A stretch of DNA of 64,000 nt, taken from the NCBI GenBank assembly GCA_964421635.1, contig CAYQWZ010000001.1:71267-135266 (forward strand). Direction: 5' to 3'. The notes under the pieces were generated by a model that saw nothing but the letters and a program-made list of their open reading frames with translations, made no database searches and had not been told where the DNA came from. Every line of letters starts with the position of its first letter. Position 1 is the first letter of the stretch. This DNA comes from an uncultured Candidatus Saccharibacteria bacterium (GTDB lineage: Bacteria; Patescibacteriota; UBA1384; CAILIB01; JAUSJZ01). Positions 29,118-38,839 of this stretch are shown here, piece by piece. Position numbers and translations under genes: made by a program.

Positions 29118-29462
29118 ATGAAAAAACCGGTAAATATTAATGAGAAAACCTGGGCTTTCTTAAATAAAAAACTTGGTACGAAGGATATTCAAAAAACCTT
29201 AGATAATCCTGGAAAAGTTTTGTTTGAACTGGGTTTTTTAAACAATCCTCAATTAGTAGTTGGCACAGTAATAGAAATGCCAAATGAAATTGAATATATG
29301 ATTACTGATCAAGGAGCAAAACAGCTTGCTGAAAATAACAATAATATAGAACTTAGAACCGTTTATGACCCAAGGTTGGAAATGTATCCAAAGGATGAAG
29401 TAATAAAAGCTTTGGTAGAAGGATTAATTTTTGACCAAGTAGATTCTACTCAACCAGCTTGA
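29118..29462 (+). CDS. Hypothetical protein
   Basis: 114 aa AT-rich ORF, convergent overlap with the rplA 3' end; start moved downstream of the terminator. Confidence 0.55.
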   Translation: MKKPVNINEKTWAFLNKKLGTKDIQKTLDNPGKVLFELGFLNNPQLVVGTVIEMPNEIEYMITDQGAKQLAENNNNIELRTVYDPRLEMYPKDEVIKALVEGLIFDQVDSTQPA

Positions 29463-30189
29463 CCTTTATTCCAGGGCCCATGGTAGTAGACAGTGTGATG
29501 CTCTTTATTTTAGTAGAAACTAGCGCGTCAATAACTGCTTGGACATTAGCTACAATTTCTTCGGCATTTGAACTAGTTTGACCTACTACCATATGAATAT
29601 TCTTGCCGTCATCTGTTCTATATTCAACTTTGCCACTCTCTAACTCTTTGCGAACACCTGCAATATCTTCCGTGACAGTGCCGCTTTTAGGATTAGGCAT
29701 TAAGCCTTTTGGCCCAAGACTTCGAGCGAACTTAGCAATCTTTGGCATTTGAGCCGGAGTAGCTAGCAAGACATCAAAATTGACATTGCCTTTCTCAAGC
29801 TCAGCAATTGTTTTGTCATCAGCTTCAGCTACAACGCGTTTCTTGCCAGTTGGTTTTGGCAGCTGAACTGAGCCTCTAATTTCATTTGATAAATTTAAGT
29901 GTAGTTCAACAGAACTCTTGAACTTGGTAGTACTTGTTTTTAAAACCAACGCTGCAGCTTCTGCTAAAGGATACTTCACAGAAACATCGTTATCTTTGAC
30001 TAACTTTTGGTATTTCTTTGAACGAGGGTCTCTTGGCGGGTTAGCCACCTGCTTCTTTCCTTTGGTTTTTTTAGCCGCTTCGGCTTTAGCTTTAGTTCGT
30101 TTTTTTGGTCCAGCTTTTGGCCCAGCCTTCGGCACAGCAGTTTTTTTTGTTTCTTTTTTGATTTCTTTTTTTTCTTCTTTCTTAGCCAT
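29446..30189 (-). CDS. rplA: 50S ribosomal protein L1 (Lys-rich N-terminal extension, shortened domain II)
   Basis: KFKSSVELH, LGPKGLMPNPKSGTVT, STTMGPGI. Confidence 0.95.
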   Translation of the reverse strand: MAKKEEKKEIKKETKKTAVPKAGPKAGPKKRTKAKAEAAKKTKGKKQVANPPRDPRSKKYQKLVKDNDVSVKYPLAEAAALVLKTSTTKFKSSVELHLNLSNEIRGSVQLPKPTGKKRVVAEADDKTIAELEKGNVNFDVLLATPAQMPKIAKFARSLGPKGLMPNPKSGTVTEDIAGVRKELESGKVEYRTDDGKNIHMVVGQTSSNAEEIVANVQAVIDALVSTKIKSITLSTTMGPGIKVKLVE

Positions 30190-30190
30190 T

Positions 30191-30772
30191 TTATATATGA
30201 ATCGTTACTTGCTCAAATTCTTTTTGACCAATTGAACTTAGCATGTACTCAACCGCTTTGTCAACCACTTCTTTCACTTTTTTCTCATCAGTTTTTTTGA
30301 ATTTAGACAAAACAAAACCGGCTAAATCGTCATCGTCAATATTGTTATCTTTCTTTCCGACCTCAGGTTTTGGCCCGACACCAATTCGAATACGAATAAA
30401 ATCTTTTAAAACAATACTCTCAATAACCGATTTTACGCCATTATGCCCGCCACTTGAACCGTCAATTCTGACCCGCAAATTTCCGACATCAACATTGACA
30501 TCATCAAAAACCAGAATCATATCTTTAGCCGTCAAATTATTTTTAGCTAAGACTTTTTTAACAACTGGCCCCGACACATTCATAAAAGATGCTGGCTTAA
30601 TTAAAATAACTTTCTCGCCAGAAATTTCCCCTTCCGCTCGCTGATAATTCTTCATATTCTTCCATTTCAGCCCCATCTCTTTAGCCAAGGCTTCAACCGT
30701 CCAATGACCAACATTGTGTTTTGTTTTGAAATATTTCTTTTTATAGTTTCCCAGCCCCACAATTATTTTCAT
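30191..30772 (-). CDS. pth: Peptidyl-tRNA hydrolase
   Basis: IIVGLGN, T.HNVG, KP..FMN.SG, GGHNG.KS, RIRIGVG. Confidence 0.95.
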   Translation of the reverse strand: MKIIVGLGNYKKKYFKTKHNVGHWTVEALAKEMGLKWKNMKNYQRAEGEISGEKVILIKPASFMNVSGPVVKKVLAKNNLTAKDMILVFDDVNVDVGNLRVRIDGSSGGHNGVKSVIESIVLKDFIRIRIGVGPKPEVGKKDNNIDDDDLAGFVLSKFKKTDEKKVKEVVDKAVEYMLSSIGQKEFEQVTIHI

Positions 30773-30773
30773 A

Positions 30774-31070
30774 TTAAAATCCTGGAAGATTAAGACTGCC
30801 CGCTACTTCTTTCATCTGCTCCGCCGCAATAGCTTGTGATTTAGAAATTGCTTGTGAAACAACATTAACAATCTCTTTTTCAAGTTGAAACTTATTGCCG
30901 GCTGACAGCGCACTCTCTGAAATTTCAATGCTCTTTATATGTTGCTCCCCATTGAAAACAACTCGCACACTGCCGTCTTTCGCAGCCGCTTCAATTTCAG
31001 TATTCTTTAATTCTTTTTGGATTTTTTTAGCCTTCTTCACTAGGCTCATGGCATCTGTAAATTTAGACAT
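30774..31070 (-). CDS. YbaB/EbfC nucleoid-associated protein
   Basis: G.VRV.FNGEQ...SIEI, C-terminal LNLPGF. Confidence 0.85.
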   Translation of the reverse strand: MSKFTDAMSLVKKAKKIQKELKNTEIEAAAKDGSVRVVFNGEQHIKSIEISESALSAGNKFQLEKEIVNVVSQAISKSQAIAAEQMKEVAGSLNLPGF

Positions 31071-31074
31071 ATTC

Positions 31075-32124
31075 TTATTTATTTGTTTTTAGATATCCGT
31101 TAATAAAGACAGATAGGTTTCCGTCAAGCACATCTTCGGCGTTCTTACTCTCAACTTTGGTACGGTGATCTTTGACTAACTTGTAAGGATGCAGAACATA
31201 CGATCTAATTTGACTGCCCCACTCGTTCTTATCTACTTGCCCTCTTACTTTATCAGTTTCCGCCCTGTTTTGCTCTATTTTTTTAGCTAACAGTTTAGAT
31301 TTTAATATCTCCATCGCTTTGGCTTTATTCTGCCCCTGCGAACGCTCGTTTTGAATACTAACTACAATTCCTGAAGGATTATGAGTAATTCTTACGGCAC
31401 TATCGGTGGTGTTAACACTTTGGCCTCCCTTGCCAGACGATCGAAAAACATCAATTCTTAAATCTTTCTCGTCTATTTCAATTTCATCTGACTGTGCAAT
31501 TTGGGGAATTATATCAACTAGGGCAAAACTTGTTTGGCGTAAATTCTTTGAATTAAACGGTGAAAGTCTTACTAGTCGGTGAACGCCAGCTTCGGCTTTT
31601 AGTAATCCATAAGCATAATTGCCTTTAATAATTGTAGTGACATTTTTTAATCCTGCTTCCTCACCTTTAGATGAATCAACCATTTCAATGCCCCAATTTG
31701 AGCGGTCAACTATTGCCTCATCGTCTGACTTTCCGCGCTCAACATAGCGCTGATACATTCTAAGCAGCATAGCCGCCCAGTCTTGAGCATCAGTACCCCC
31801 AGCTCCAGCTTTGATAGATAAAATAGCGTTATGGTCATCATGTGGCCCACCAAGTAATGCTCTCTTCTCAAGCGGCTCTAGAGCCTCTTCAACCAACTTA
31901 GCCATATCTTCGCTCGATTCGTCCACTACTTCACGAACCGCGTCAAACTCGTCTACAATCTTTTTAATATCTGATGCCCGCTGCGATACATCTCGAGCAA
32001 TTTCATTATTATTCCAAAAATCAGGCTCATTCATTTGAGCCTCAAGCTCTTTCAAATCCTGACGCTTCTTACCAATGTCTAAACTAGTCTCAATCGATTC
32101 TAACCGTTTCTTGTTATTATCCAT
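31075..32124 (-). CDS. prfB: Peptide chain release factor 2 (no programmed frameshift)
   Basis: GAGGTDAQDW, LVRLSPF, GGQ; continuous reading frame. Confidence 0.95.
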   Translation of the reverse strand: MDNNKKRLESIETSLDIGKKRQDLKELEAQMNEPDFWNNNEIARDVSQRASDIKKIVDEFDAVREVVDESSEDMAKLVEEALEPLEKRALLGGPHDDHNAILSIKAGAGGTDAQDWAAMLLRMYQRYVERGKSDDEAIVDRSNWGIEMVDSSKGEEAGLKNVTTIIKGNYAYGLLKAEAGVHRLVRLSPFNSKNLRQTSFALVDIIPQIAQSDEIEIDEKDLRIDVFRSSGKGGQSVNTTDSAVRITHNPSGIVVSIQNERSQGQNKAKAMEILKSKLLAKKIEQNRAETDKVRGQVDKNEWGSQIRSYVLHPYKLVKDHRTKVESKNAEDVLDGNLSVFINGYLKTNK

Positions 32125-32140
32125 TAGTTTCATTTAATCA

Positions 32141-32171
32141 AAATAGGAGGTTATTACGAAACCTCCTATTT
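32141..32171 (-). terminator. Terminator after the DUF11 operon
   Basis: AAATAGGAGGTT...AACCTCCTATTT. Confidence 0.75.
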
Positions 32172-32186
32172 CTCACTGTCTCTTAT

Positions 32187-33791
32187 TCAAAGAACTGATA
32201 TACCTGATGCAGCCCGTGCTAGAGCCTTTTTTGCCTTCGCATAGCGAAGAGTTGTGGCACCACTGGTTCCAAGGGCAAACAAAGCGAAAGCAATATCTGC
32301 TGGTCCGGTTATTGGAAGGATTGGGGTTGGCTCTACCGGAGTAGTAACAACTTCTTCCTTCTCTTCTGCTGGAACTTCTACTTTAATAAAGGCATCAGCA
32401 TCAACACTATCTGTCTCATCGGCAGTAGCTGTGGCGATGTTTCTTAATCTGTCGCCATCGTTGTTGCCTGACCCAACTTTAGCTTGAAAATAGATTGTAA
32501 TCTCTTCACCAGGTTTTAAGGCAGAACTTAAGGTGTATCCGTTGCCAGAAATAATGTTATCGTTAATGGCTACTCGAACACCGTCTCGCTCTAGCTGAAC
32601 TGACCCAACTTCAAAGTTAATTCCGCTTTGTAGTAAATCTTTAATATTTACATTGTGAGCATATTCAGCACTAACATTCTTAACGCGAATTCTGTATTCA
32701 ACTACATCATTGCGCTTAGTGTTAACCTCATCGCGCCAGTCAAAGCTTTGAGTTACATTTTTAACCTGTTTCTCAATAGTTAATGCTGGTCGTCCTGTTG
32801 GCGGCTCAATAGGAATATCAATGCGGTTTCCGTAGACATTTGTCATTACGAAGTTACCGTTAGCTGACCATTCAGATTCTGGTTTAACCTGCACATCAAA
32901 TGTACGAATTGCTATTTCGCCAGGCTTAATATCTACAGCCGGATAGCTTACTGTGCCACCTTTTAGACTGCCTGAATCAGATGCAGAAATAAAATTTGCA
33001 TACTCTAAGATATCACTAATGTCGTCTTCTACTACATATGCAGTTGATACTCGTTGTCCACGGTTTTCAGTTATTAGAGTATATACAATTGTATCTGCAG
33101 CATTTGCCTTAACTAAAGTTGCATCAACTCCTTGTGTAACATTATAAGCTCTCTTTGAACGAACAATGTCTGGGTTTCCAGCCGGATTAACTATGACATC
33201 GAATGTAACGAATCCTGAGTACTGCCAGCATCCGGTAATATCTCCAATGTTGATTCCTTCAGCAGTAATAATTGCATCTCCAGATTGGCCATTAGGTAGC
33301 ACAGTAGGTGTATTTGAACCATTCGGGTACCATTTGACTGACCCTGACACCATATTTAGAGAGGTTACATTATCAGTATTAATAGTTAAACCTGGTTGTC
33401 CAACTTCTTGACCATTAACAAATGTACCAGCAACTGCTCCTGCGTTATCTGCAGATAAACGAGCAGACAGTACATGAGATGTAGCGTCAGTGGTTGGCAG
33501 AGTTACGCTAATTTTGGTGTTTCTGGCTGCTTCCCCGTTTTGACCATTGTCAGTTAAAGCGTTGTTATGGTAAAAAACTCGAACGCGAACTGTGTCGTTA
33601 TCTGTAGCCGTTACTGGGTCAGAATAACTTGATTGACCAGCTGTAATATTGCGGCCTGTCAGTAACTCTAAATCTCCATCTAATTGGTTAAAGCGAGGAG
33701 TATTGTCAGCTAAAGCAGCAGATGGCAAAACTAAAGTTAATGCTGTTAAAGCTCCAATTACTACCTTTTTAATGCTTTTAAATAGATTCAT
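32187..33791 (-). CDS. Secreted DUF11/isopeptide-domain surface protein with LPxTG-like sorting signal
   Basis: Signal peptide; repeated K.V.N...GD..Y.I.V.N, D.L and N.A.A units; LPITG followed by a hydrophobic helix and basic tail. Confidence 0.75.
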   Translation of the reverse strand: MNLFKSIKKVVIGALTALTLVLPSAALADNTPRFNQLDGDLELLTGRNITAGQSSYSDPVTATDNDTVRVRVFYHNNALTDNGQNGEAARNTKISVTLPTTDATSHVLSARLSADNAGAVAGTFVNGQEVGQPGLTINTDNVTSLNMVSGSVKWYPNGSNTPTVLPNGQSGDAIITAEGINIGDITGCWQYSGFVTFDVIVNPAGNPDIVRSKRAYNVTQGVDATLVKANAADTIVYTLITENRGQRVSTAYVVEDDISDILEYANFISASDSGSLKGGTVSYPAVDIKPGEIAIRTFDVQVKPESEWSANGNFVMTNVYGNRIDIPIEPPTGRPALTIEKQVKNVTQSFDWRDEVNTKRNDVVEYRIRVKNVSAEYAHNVNIKDLLQSGINFEVGSVQLERDGVRVAINDNIISGNGYTLSSALKPGEEITIYFQAKVGSGNNDGDRLRNIATATADETDSVDADAFIKVEVPAEEKEEVVTTPVEPTPILPITGPADIAFALFALGTSGATTLRYAKAKKALARAASGISVL

Positions 33792-33793
33792 CT

Positions 33794-35782
33794 TTATAAG
33801 TTACTTCCGTTAGGAGCTTGTACTTCTAGGCGAATAATAGCTGCGTCGTGAATCTCAGCAGTATTATTATTGGCTCTTAAATAGGTTGTGTTAACTAAAT
33901 CGTGTAAGCCTAGAATTGGACAGTCAATTACTCGAACATCAAATTCGAAGCGTTTGGTTACACCTGGGTAAATTGAGAAGTTTCCTAATCCTCCAGCAAA
34001 GAAACGGTCGTCGTCTGTAATTGGCGTAGCTGAAATATGAGGATCCATTACTAATGAATTATCAACATAGTTGGTGAATTGCGGTAATACATCGCGAATT
34101 GAGTTAATTTGCAGTTGAGTGTTTCCAGTATTAACAATGTCAATTCGGTAACGAATGGTATCGCCTTCTTTTACTCGAGTAGCTGTAGTTTCAGCCCAGT
34201 CGTTTGTACGAGGGTCTCTTACCCACTTTGAAACGGTGTAGCCTGAAGTTACGCCGACTGTAATGTAGGCATTATCTGTGTCTTCAGTTCCATTAGTAGT
34301 AAAAACTTCACTTCTGTTTGTAAGAGTAATAGTTCCTGCAGGTAATCCTGAAGTATTTACCCTTACTATGAATCGGATATCAAAACCGTTTGTATTTCCA
34401 GGTTGAACAGTTCCAAGAGTCATTCCGGTTCCAAATAATGCATTTGCTCTACTGTCAGAAACTGGAGCATATGCACTCTCAGGAGAAGCTGAGCCTTTAA
34501 TTAACACAGCCCCATCGCGTGCAACATGAGCTGGTAGTATATCTTTAGCAAAAGCTTCAACAGCAGTGTTACCCGTGTTAACTACTCTTAGAGTGTATTC
34601 TACGGTGTCACCAGGGTTAGCTGGAACAGCTACATCATCTTGCAGCAAACTGCCTATAGTTATGTTTCGTACAGTTTTCTCAATATCAAAGTCAATAACA
34701 GCATCTGGTGTTCGAACTACATTGATAAATACCTGGTTCGTATTAGCAGATACGGCACTTCCGTTAGAAGTGCCAGCAACAGTAGCTTTGTTTAATAGAC
34801 GAGTGGTACCAATAGGAAAACTGTTATTTCCGTCAAGTGTAGCCTGAAAATATAGATGGATCGCGCGAGATGGAATAGCAGGAATATCTGAAAAGGCCCA
34901 GGTTAGAGTTTTTCCATTAAAAGCAATATATGAATCTGAAATGTTGTAACGAACATCTACGCCCGCATCGTTTCTGGTAATCATATATGACGAATTTGGC
35001 TTGTAGGTTAATTTATTATCAAGAGTATCTGTAACTGTAGGATTTTTTAAAACTGATCCGTTCTCACCATTATTCTCTACATAGACATGGAAAGCAGCTA
35101 CATTGCCAGGGGTGGTTGATACTCCGTCACGATGCCAAGTGTTGTCTATATTAGAAATAGCAACCTCTTTATAAGTTGAGATTTTAGCGTTACCGTGTGG
35201 CACATAAGTTGCAGAAAAGGTAATGGCTCTTAAGTAAGGCCAGCATCCCTTAATTGATCCTAGGTTTAATCCGTTATCTGTAAATAGACTGTTAGTATTG
35301 CCAATTGCTTGCTCAACATACTGACCGTTTTGGTTAATATAATGTTTAACAGAGCTAGTATCAACCTGAAGTTCTCCTGTGTTGGCAAGATTAACAGTGA
35401 CATTCTCGTTTACGCGAGTAGCATTATCGGCCCAGACTGATCCTTTTATAATATGTTGATTTGAAGCACCGGTAGGAATTTTTGCACTTACTTTAGTATT
35501 TGTAGCAGTTGAGTTCTCGACAGTGTTATGAACATACATGAAAAACTGAACAGTTTCCCCTTCATTTAGATTTACTGAGTTAGACCAATGAGTAGCACCG
35601 GCTTTTCTGACCTGAATAGTTGGCTCATCATTGGCATGATTATTGAAAATTGGAGTAGGATTAGCCTCAGCCTTTTTAATTTGTAACGGAAAGTTAGAAC
35701 CTAAAACTGTTGAAGTTAAAAGTCCTAATGCCAGAAACGGCACCAAAATTTTCTTTAAAATGTTTTTCATACCTATGTTCAT
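33794..35782 (-). CDS. Secreted DUF11-repeat surface protein
   Basis: Signal peptide; about 4 DUF11-like domains (IEKTV..PGDTVEY, VSKWV..GDTIRY); shares the G.N.G.I.GCW.Y motif with its neighbour. Confidence 0.75.
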   Translation of the reverse strand: MNIGMKNILKKILVPFLALGLLTSTVLGSNFPLQIKKAEANPTPIFNNHANDEPTIQVRKAGATHWSNSVNLNEGETVQFFMYVHNTVENSTATNTKVSAKIPTGASNQHIIKGSVWADNATRVNENVTVNLANTGELQVDTSSVKHYINQNGQYVEQAIGNTNSLFTDNGLNLGSIKGCWPYLRAITFSATYVPHGNAKISTYKEVAISNIDNTWHRDGVSTTPGNVAAFHVYVENNGENGSVLKNPTVTDTLDNKLTYKPNSSYMITRNDAGVDVRYNISDSYIAFNGKTLTWAFSDIPAIPSRAIHLYFQATLDGNNSFPIGTTRLLNKATVAGTSNGSAVSANTNQVFINVVRTPDAVIDFDIEKTVRNITIGSLLQDDVAVPANPGDTVEYTLRVVNTGNTAVEAFAKDILPAHVARDGAVLIKGSASPESAYAPVSDSRANALFGTGMTLGTVQPGNTNGFDIRFIVRVNTSGLPAGTITLTNRSEVFTTNGTEDTDNAYITVGVTSGYTVSKWVRDPRTNDWAETTATRVKEGDTIRYRIDIVNTGNTQLQINSIRDVLPQFTNYVDNSLVMDPHISATPITDDDRFFAGGLGNFSIYPGVTKRFEFDVRVIDCPILGLHDLVNTTYLRANNNTAEIHDAAIIRLEVQAPNGSNL

Positions 35783-35883
35783 ACTTTTTATGATTGTTCT
35801 TAATTAATCAGTTATTGCTCTGTTTGTCAATATCAGAGCAACTTCTGCCCGAGCAGATAAAGTTATTTATCTATTCGGGGGAA

Positions 35884-35950
35884 GGGGCGACCCGCTAGGC
35901 TTTCACCTATTGTGCGGGTCGCCCTCCGAAAGCAGCCGACTGTTGTCGGC
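35884..35950. other. GC-rich hairpins at the 3' end of the GC island
   Basis: GGGGCGACCCGC...GCGGGTCGCCCT and GCCGAC-TGTT-GTCGGC; no U tract. Confidence 0.5.
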
Positions 35951-35957
35951 CGGTGCG

Positions 35958-37220
35958 CTAGCGGCTGGTCGGGGTGAAACCCCAGACCGTTTCCCCATTG
36001 CTCGAAGCAACGGGGCGCAGCTGCGCGGTGCGTGTCCACGGCGATGTCGAGCGCGGTTGACCGTCACGGTCGATGCCGGTAGCGGCGTTAGCGCCCTGAC
36101 CGTTCCCTTGGTCAGCACTGCTGCCCTGCGCCGGTATGGGCACCGTGCTGTTGTCCGGGTTGGGCACCGATGCCGGCGGTGTGTTGACCGCTTCGTCGGG
36201 GCCCTCGCCTACCGTCGCCGGTCCACCGGGGTTAGCGGCGGGGGGTGCCGGCGTTGTGGGCTCCGGAGCATCCGGCTGTGGCAGGTCGCCGGCCGGTGGC
36301 GGTGGCTCGTCAGGGCACTGCTCATCCGGCTTCGGCTCGTCGGGCTCAGGCTCAGGCTTGGGCTCAGGCTGCTTCTCAGCCTTGCGGCTGGGAAAAAGCA
36401 CCACACCAGCGTTAACGCTGATGCGTGTCCGCTCCGTCACCTGTCGCGGCCCAGACTGGACCGTGCCCACATCGTCTCGTTCGACCATCGCGCTAAGCAC
36501 GATGCCCGTAGCGGCGTTGACATAGACATTGACCACCTGGACTTGGGCCTGTTCCTGTTCGATGGTGCAGGCTTCAGCCGGCGGTCCCGGAGGCCCTTGC
36601 GGACCCGGCTCTCCAGGCTTGCCACGATCACCTTGCAGACCAGGCTTACCAGGTTTTCCCGGCTCGCCTCGCTCACCTTGGATGCCAGGAATTCCAGGAC
36701 GTTCAGGAGGGCAAGGCTCGAAGACCTTGTCGCCGAACGCCATGTTGGCACACTCCCGAGGGATCACAAGGCTACCTTCGAGCTTGGCGTTCGATGGCCC
36801 CGGATAGAGCACATTGAGCACATACGCCCATGCCTTGTGCCGCAACTTGACCTGATCCTTGATGGACTTGCCATCGCCGAAGGTCATGTTGTCGAACACA
36901 TAGCCCGCCGGAAACTCCAGCAGGTAGACGCCGTGCTCTTCCGAGCCCGGTTCTACCAACCCGACTGCCATCCGCTCGGTGATATCACGCATGATAACCA
37001 ACCGAGCAGCGCGGTCGTTGACGTTGGCCAGATCCAAGACATGGCTGACATCGTTGTATCCGCGCTGTGAATCCAGATGAGCCCTCAGAGCTTCAAAGCT
37101 CTGAATGCCACCCGGAACACGCGGGTTTCGGTCAAGGCTGACCGGAATTGGCGCCGCCTCAAGCGGCGCTACCATGACCATCATGACGATGGCCAGTACG
37201 CTTACCTTCAACCGCTTCAT
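35958..37220 (-). CDS. GC-rich secreted collagen-like, Pro-rich protein (orphan)
   Basis: Signal peptide, SD AAAAGGAGG, 13 Gly-X-Y triplets flanked by Cys, PEPK/PEPD-rich tail. Confidence 0.75.
   Translation of the reverse strand: MKRLKVSVLAIVMMVMVAPLEAAPIPVSLDRNPRVPGGIQSFEALRAHLDSQRGYNDVSHVLDLANVNDRAARLVIMRDITERMAVGLVEPGSEEHGVYLLEFPAGYVFDNMTFGDGKSIKDQVKLRHKAWAYVLNVLYPGPSNAKLEGSLVIPRECANMAFGDKVFEPCPPERPGIPGIQGERGEPGKPGKPGLQGDRGKPGEPGPQGPPGPPAEACTIEQEQAQVQVVNVYVNAATGIVLSAMVERDDVGTVQSGPRQVTERTRISVNAGVVLFPSRKAEKQPEPKPEPEPDEPKPDEQCPDEPPPPAGDLPQPDAPEPTTPAPPAANPGGPATVGEGPDEAVNTPPASVPNPDNSTVPIPAQGSSADQGNGQGANAATGIDRDGQPRSTSPWTRTAQLRPVASSNGETVWGFTPTSR
36579..36695 (-). repeat. Collagen-type (Gly-X-Y)13 repeat
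   Basis: [39 protein letters not shown]. Confidence 0.9.
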
Positions 37221-37338
37221 GGCGGCCTCCTTTTGTTCAGTCGTTAGATTGTTCAGTATTCCTCAGTTTGTCCCACCGAAGTGTGGCAAACAGTTGGACA
37301 GGCGAACGGTTGTTACACCGCTCGCCCAGGTTAGCAGA

Positions 37339-38679
37339 TCACTCTGCCCCTTCTCCTCCCAAAGGCGGCGAAGGTAGCTGGGCACTGAAAGCGCCCAGCA
37401 GGTCTGACTCATCCGGATTGCCCCAGACGAGCGTCCGCGACTCCGTCCCCTGATGAACGGGGACAATGTCGCCGTTGAATCCGCCCTCGGCGTAGTGCCA
37501 CGCCAAACCACTACTGGCTAGCGTGTCACCCACCGCCTCCGAATGGGCCAGCACCGCGTACTTCATGTCGTCGTAACAGGCATTGATCACCTGTTGGTTG
37601 ATGACGAACATGACATCACACGTGTCAGCCCCGGTCCAGTAAAGGACCAACGGATGGACTGCCCTACCAGCCAGCCGCTCTTTGACAGCAGCGGGTAGCT
37701 CGATGGAGGCTTTGCCGTTCGCATCCGGCCTGACCAGCGCTAGGCTGGCTTGCCGAGATGCGAATCTCTGCAGGGGCTGGCAGATGGATTCGGTCGAAAC
37801 CTCCTCCACCTTGTCAGGGTCAACGAATAGCACCAGCGCCACCATGCGAGGTGAATGCTTGGCCTTTCTCCCCTCCGCATCGCGGAATTTGACTTCCACG
37901 AACGGAGCGTTCGACCATAGCTGCGATTGCGGTCGCTGAGCGTGGTAAAACGCTCCCATGCCGCCGTTTACCGGATCAGCTTTGCTCCAGCCGACCATGC
38001 GGTAGAACCGCACGATCTCTCGCAGCGTTTCCGCCGGCACGGGTGTATCAGCCAAGACCGAAGCCAAGGCATCACCACCATCGGCAGGCTGCCACCCCTG
38101 CCAGTTGGTGAATTCAACCTCCACCGTCTGGGATATCCAGAGGTTGGAGTGTCGAACATTGTGGAAAAAGAGTAAAAAGGTGTCCGTCATGCGGACTCCC
38201 TTCTCTATCTCCACCACCAGCTGGAACCGCATGACCTGGCGAAACTCACCAGGGTTGCTGGCCCGATACAGGAGCTGGATTCGTACCAGATCTTCGTACC
38301 GAAGCCAAACCACCTGGTTGACAGCGTCGAAGACGCCGTACGCCTCCTCACTGCCAGCCAACTGGAACCAGGCTCGTTTGACAGCCTTGCCTTCGGTGGC
38401 AAGGTTGAGGTGCGCTTCAAGCTCACCTCCCCAGCCGAACACCGACCTCAACGAAGCCAGTGACACCGCCACCCACTCACGACCCATTCCGGGCGCTTCG
38501 CGGCGAGCGGTGTACGCGAGGTACGGAATCCCCATCTGGGGATTGACTCGTTCCTCCCGCTGTTCGAGCAAAGGCGCCGAAGCGTTAACGCCGACAGCGG
38601 GCTCAACACTCTGCGCCGGGATGGCGCAGGCCAGGACGGCGATCATAGCCGCCGCCATCGCTAGACGCAGATTACGCAT
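37339..38679 (-). CDS. GC-rich secreted hypothetical protein (orphan)
   Basis: Signal peptide MRNLRLAMAAAMIAVLACAIPAQS; SD AAGGAGAAGGA; 446 aa. Confidence 0.7.
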   Translation of the reverse strand: MRNLRLAMAAAMIAVLACAIPAQSVEPAVGVNASAPLLEQREERVNPQMGIPYLAYTARREAPGMGREWVAVSLASLRSVFGWGGELEAHLNLATEGKAVKRAWFQLAGSEEAYGVFDAVNQVVWLRYEDLVRIQLLYRASNPGEFRQVMRFQLVVEIEKGVRMTDTFLLFFHNVRHSNLWISQTVEVEFTNWQGWQPADGGDALASVLADTPVPAETLREIVRFYRMVGWSKADPVNGGMGAFYHAQRPQSQLWSNAPFVEVKFRDAEGRKAKHSPRMVALVLFVDPDKVEEVSTESICQPLQRFASRQASLALVRPDANGKASIELPAAVKERLAGRAVHPLVLYWTGADTCDVMFVINQQVINACYDDMKYAVLAHSEAVGDTLASSGLAWHYAEGGFNGDIVPVHQGTESRTLVWGNPDESDLLGAFSAQLPSPPLGGEGAE

Positions 38680-38797
38680 TTCGATCCTTCTCCTTGTTCT
38701 CGTATCCTTTTGGATTTTCAGGTTCAGCGTCCTAAGACGCCGACAGCCGCCTATAAGCGCTTTTAGAGCAACTTTTAGACAGCTTGTCGATGCCGTA

Positions 38798-38826
38798 ACA
38801 CTAACATAAAATTACCTTATTGTCAA
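38798..38826 (-). promoter_or_regulatory. sigma70 promoter of the GC-rich operon
   Basis: TTGACA-17 nt-TAGTGT with extended TG. Confidence 0.7.
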
Positions 38827-38839
38827 CCAATTAGCCTCT

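Noticed and set aside
35910-38809. Long + strand ORFs (386, 129, 234 aa) in the GC-rich island
   Set aside because: Antisense shadows of the - strand genes, which have SDs, signal peptides and a promoter; stops are rare at high GC
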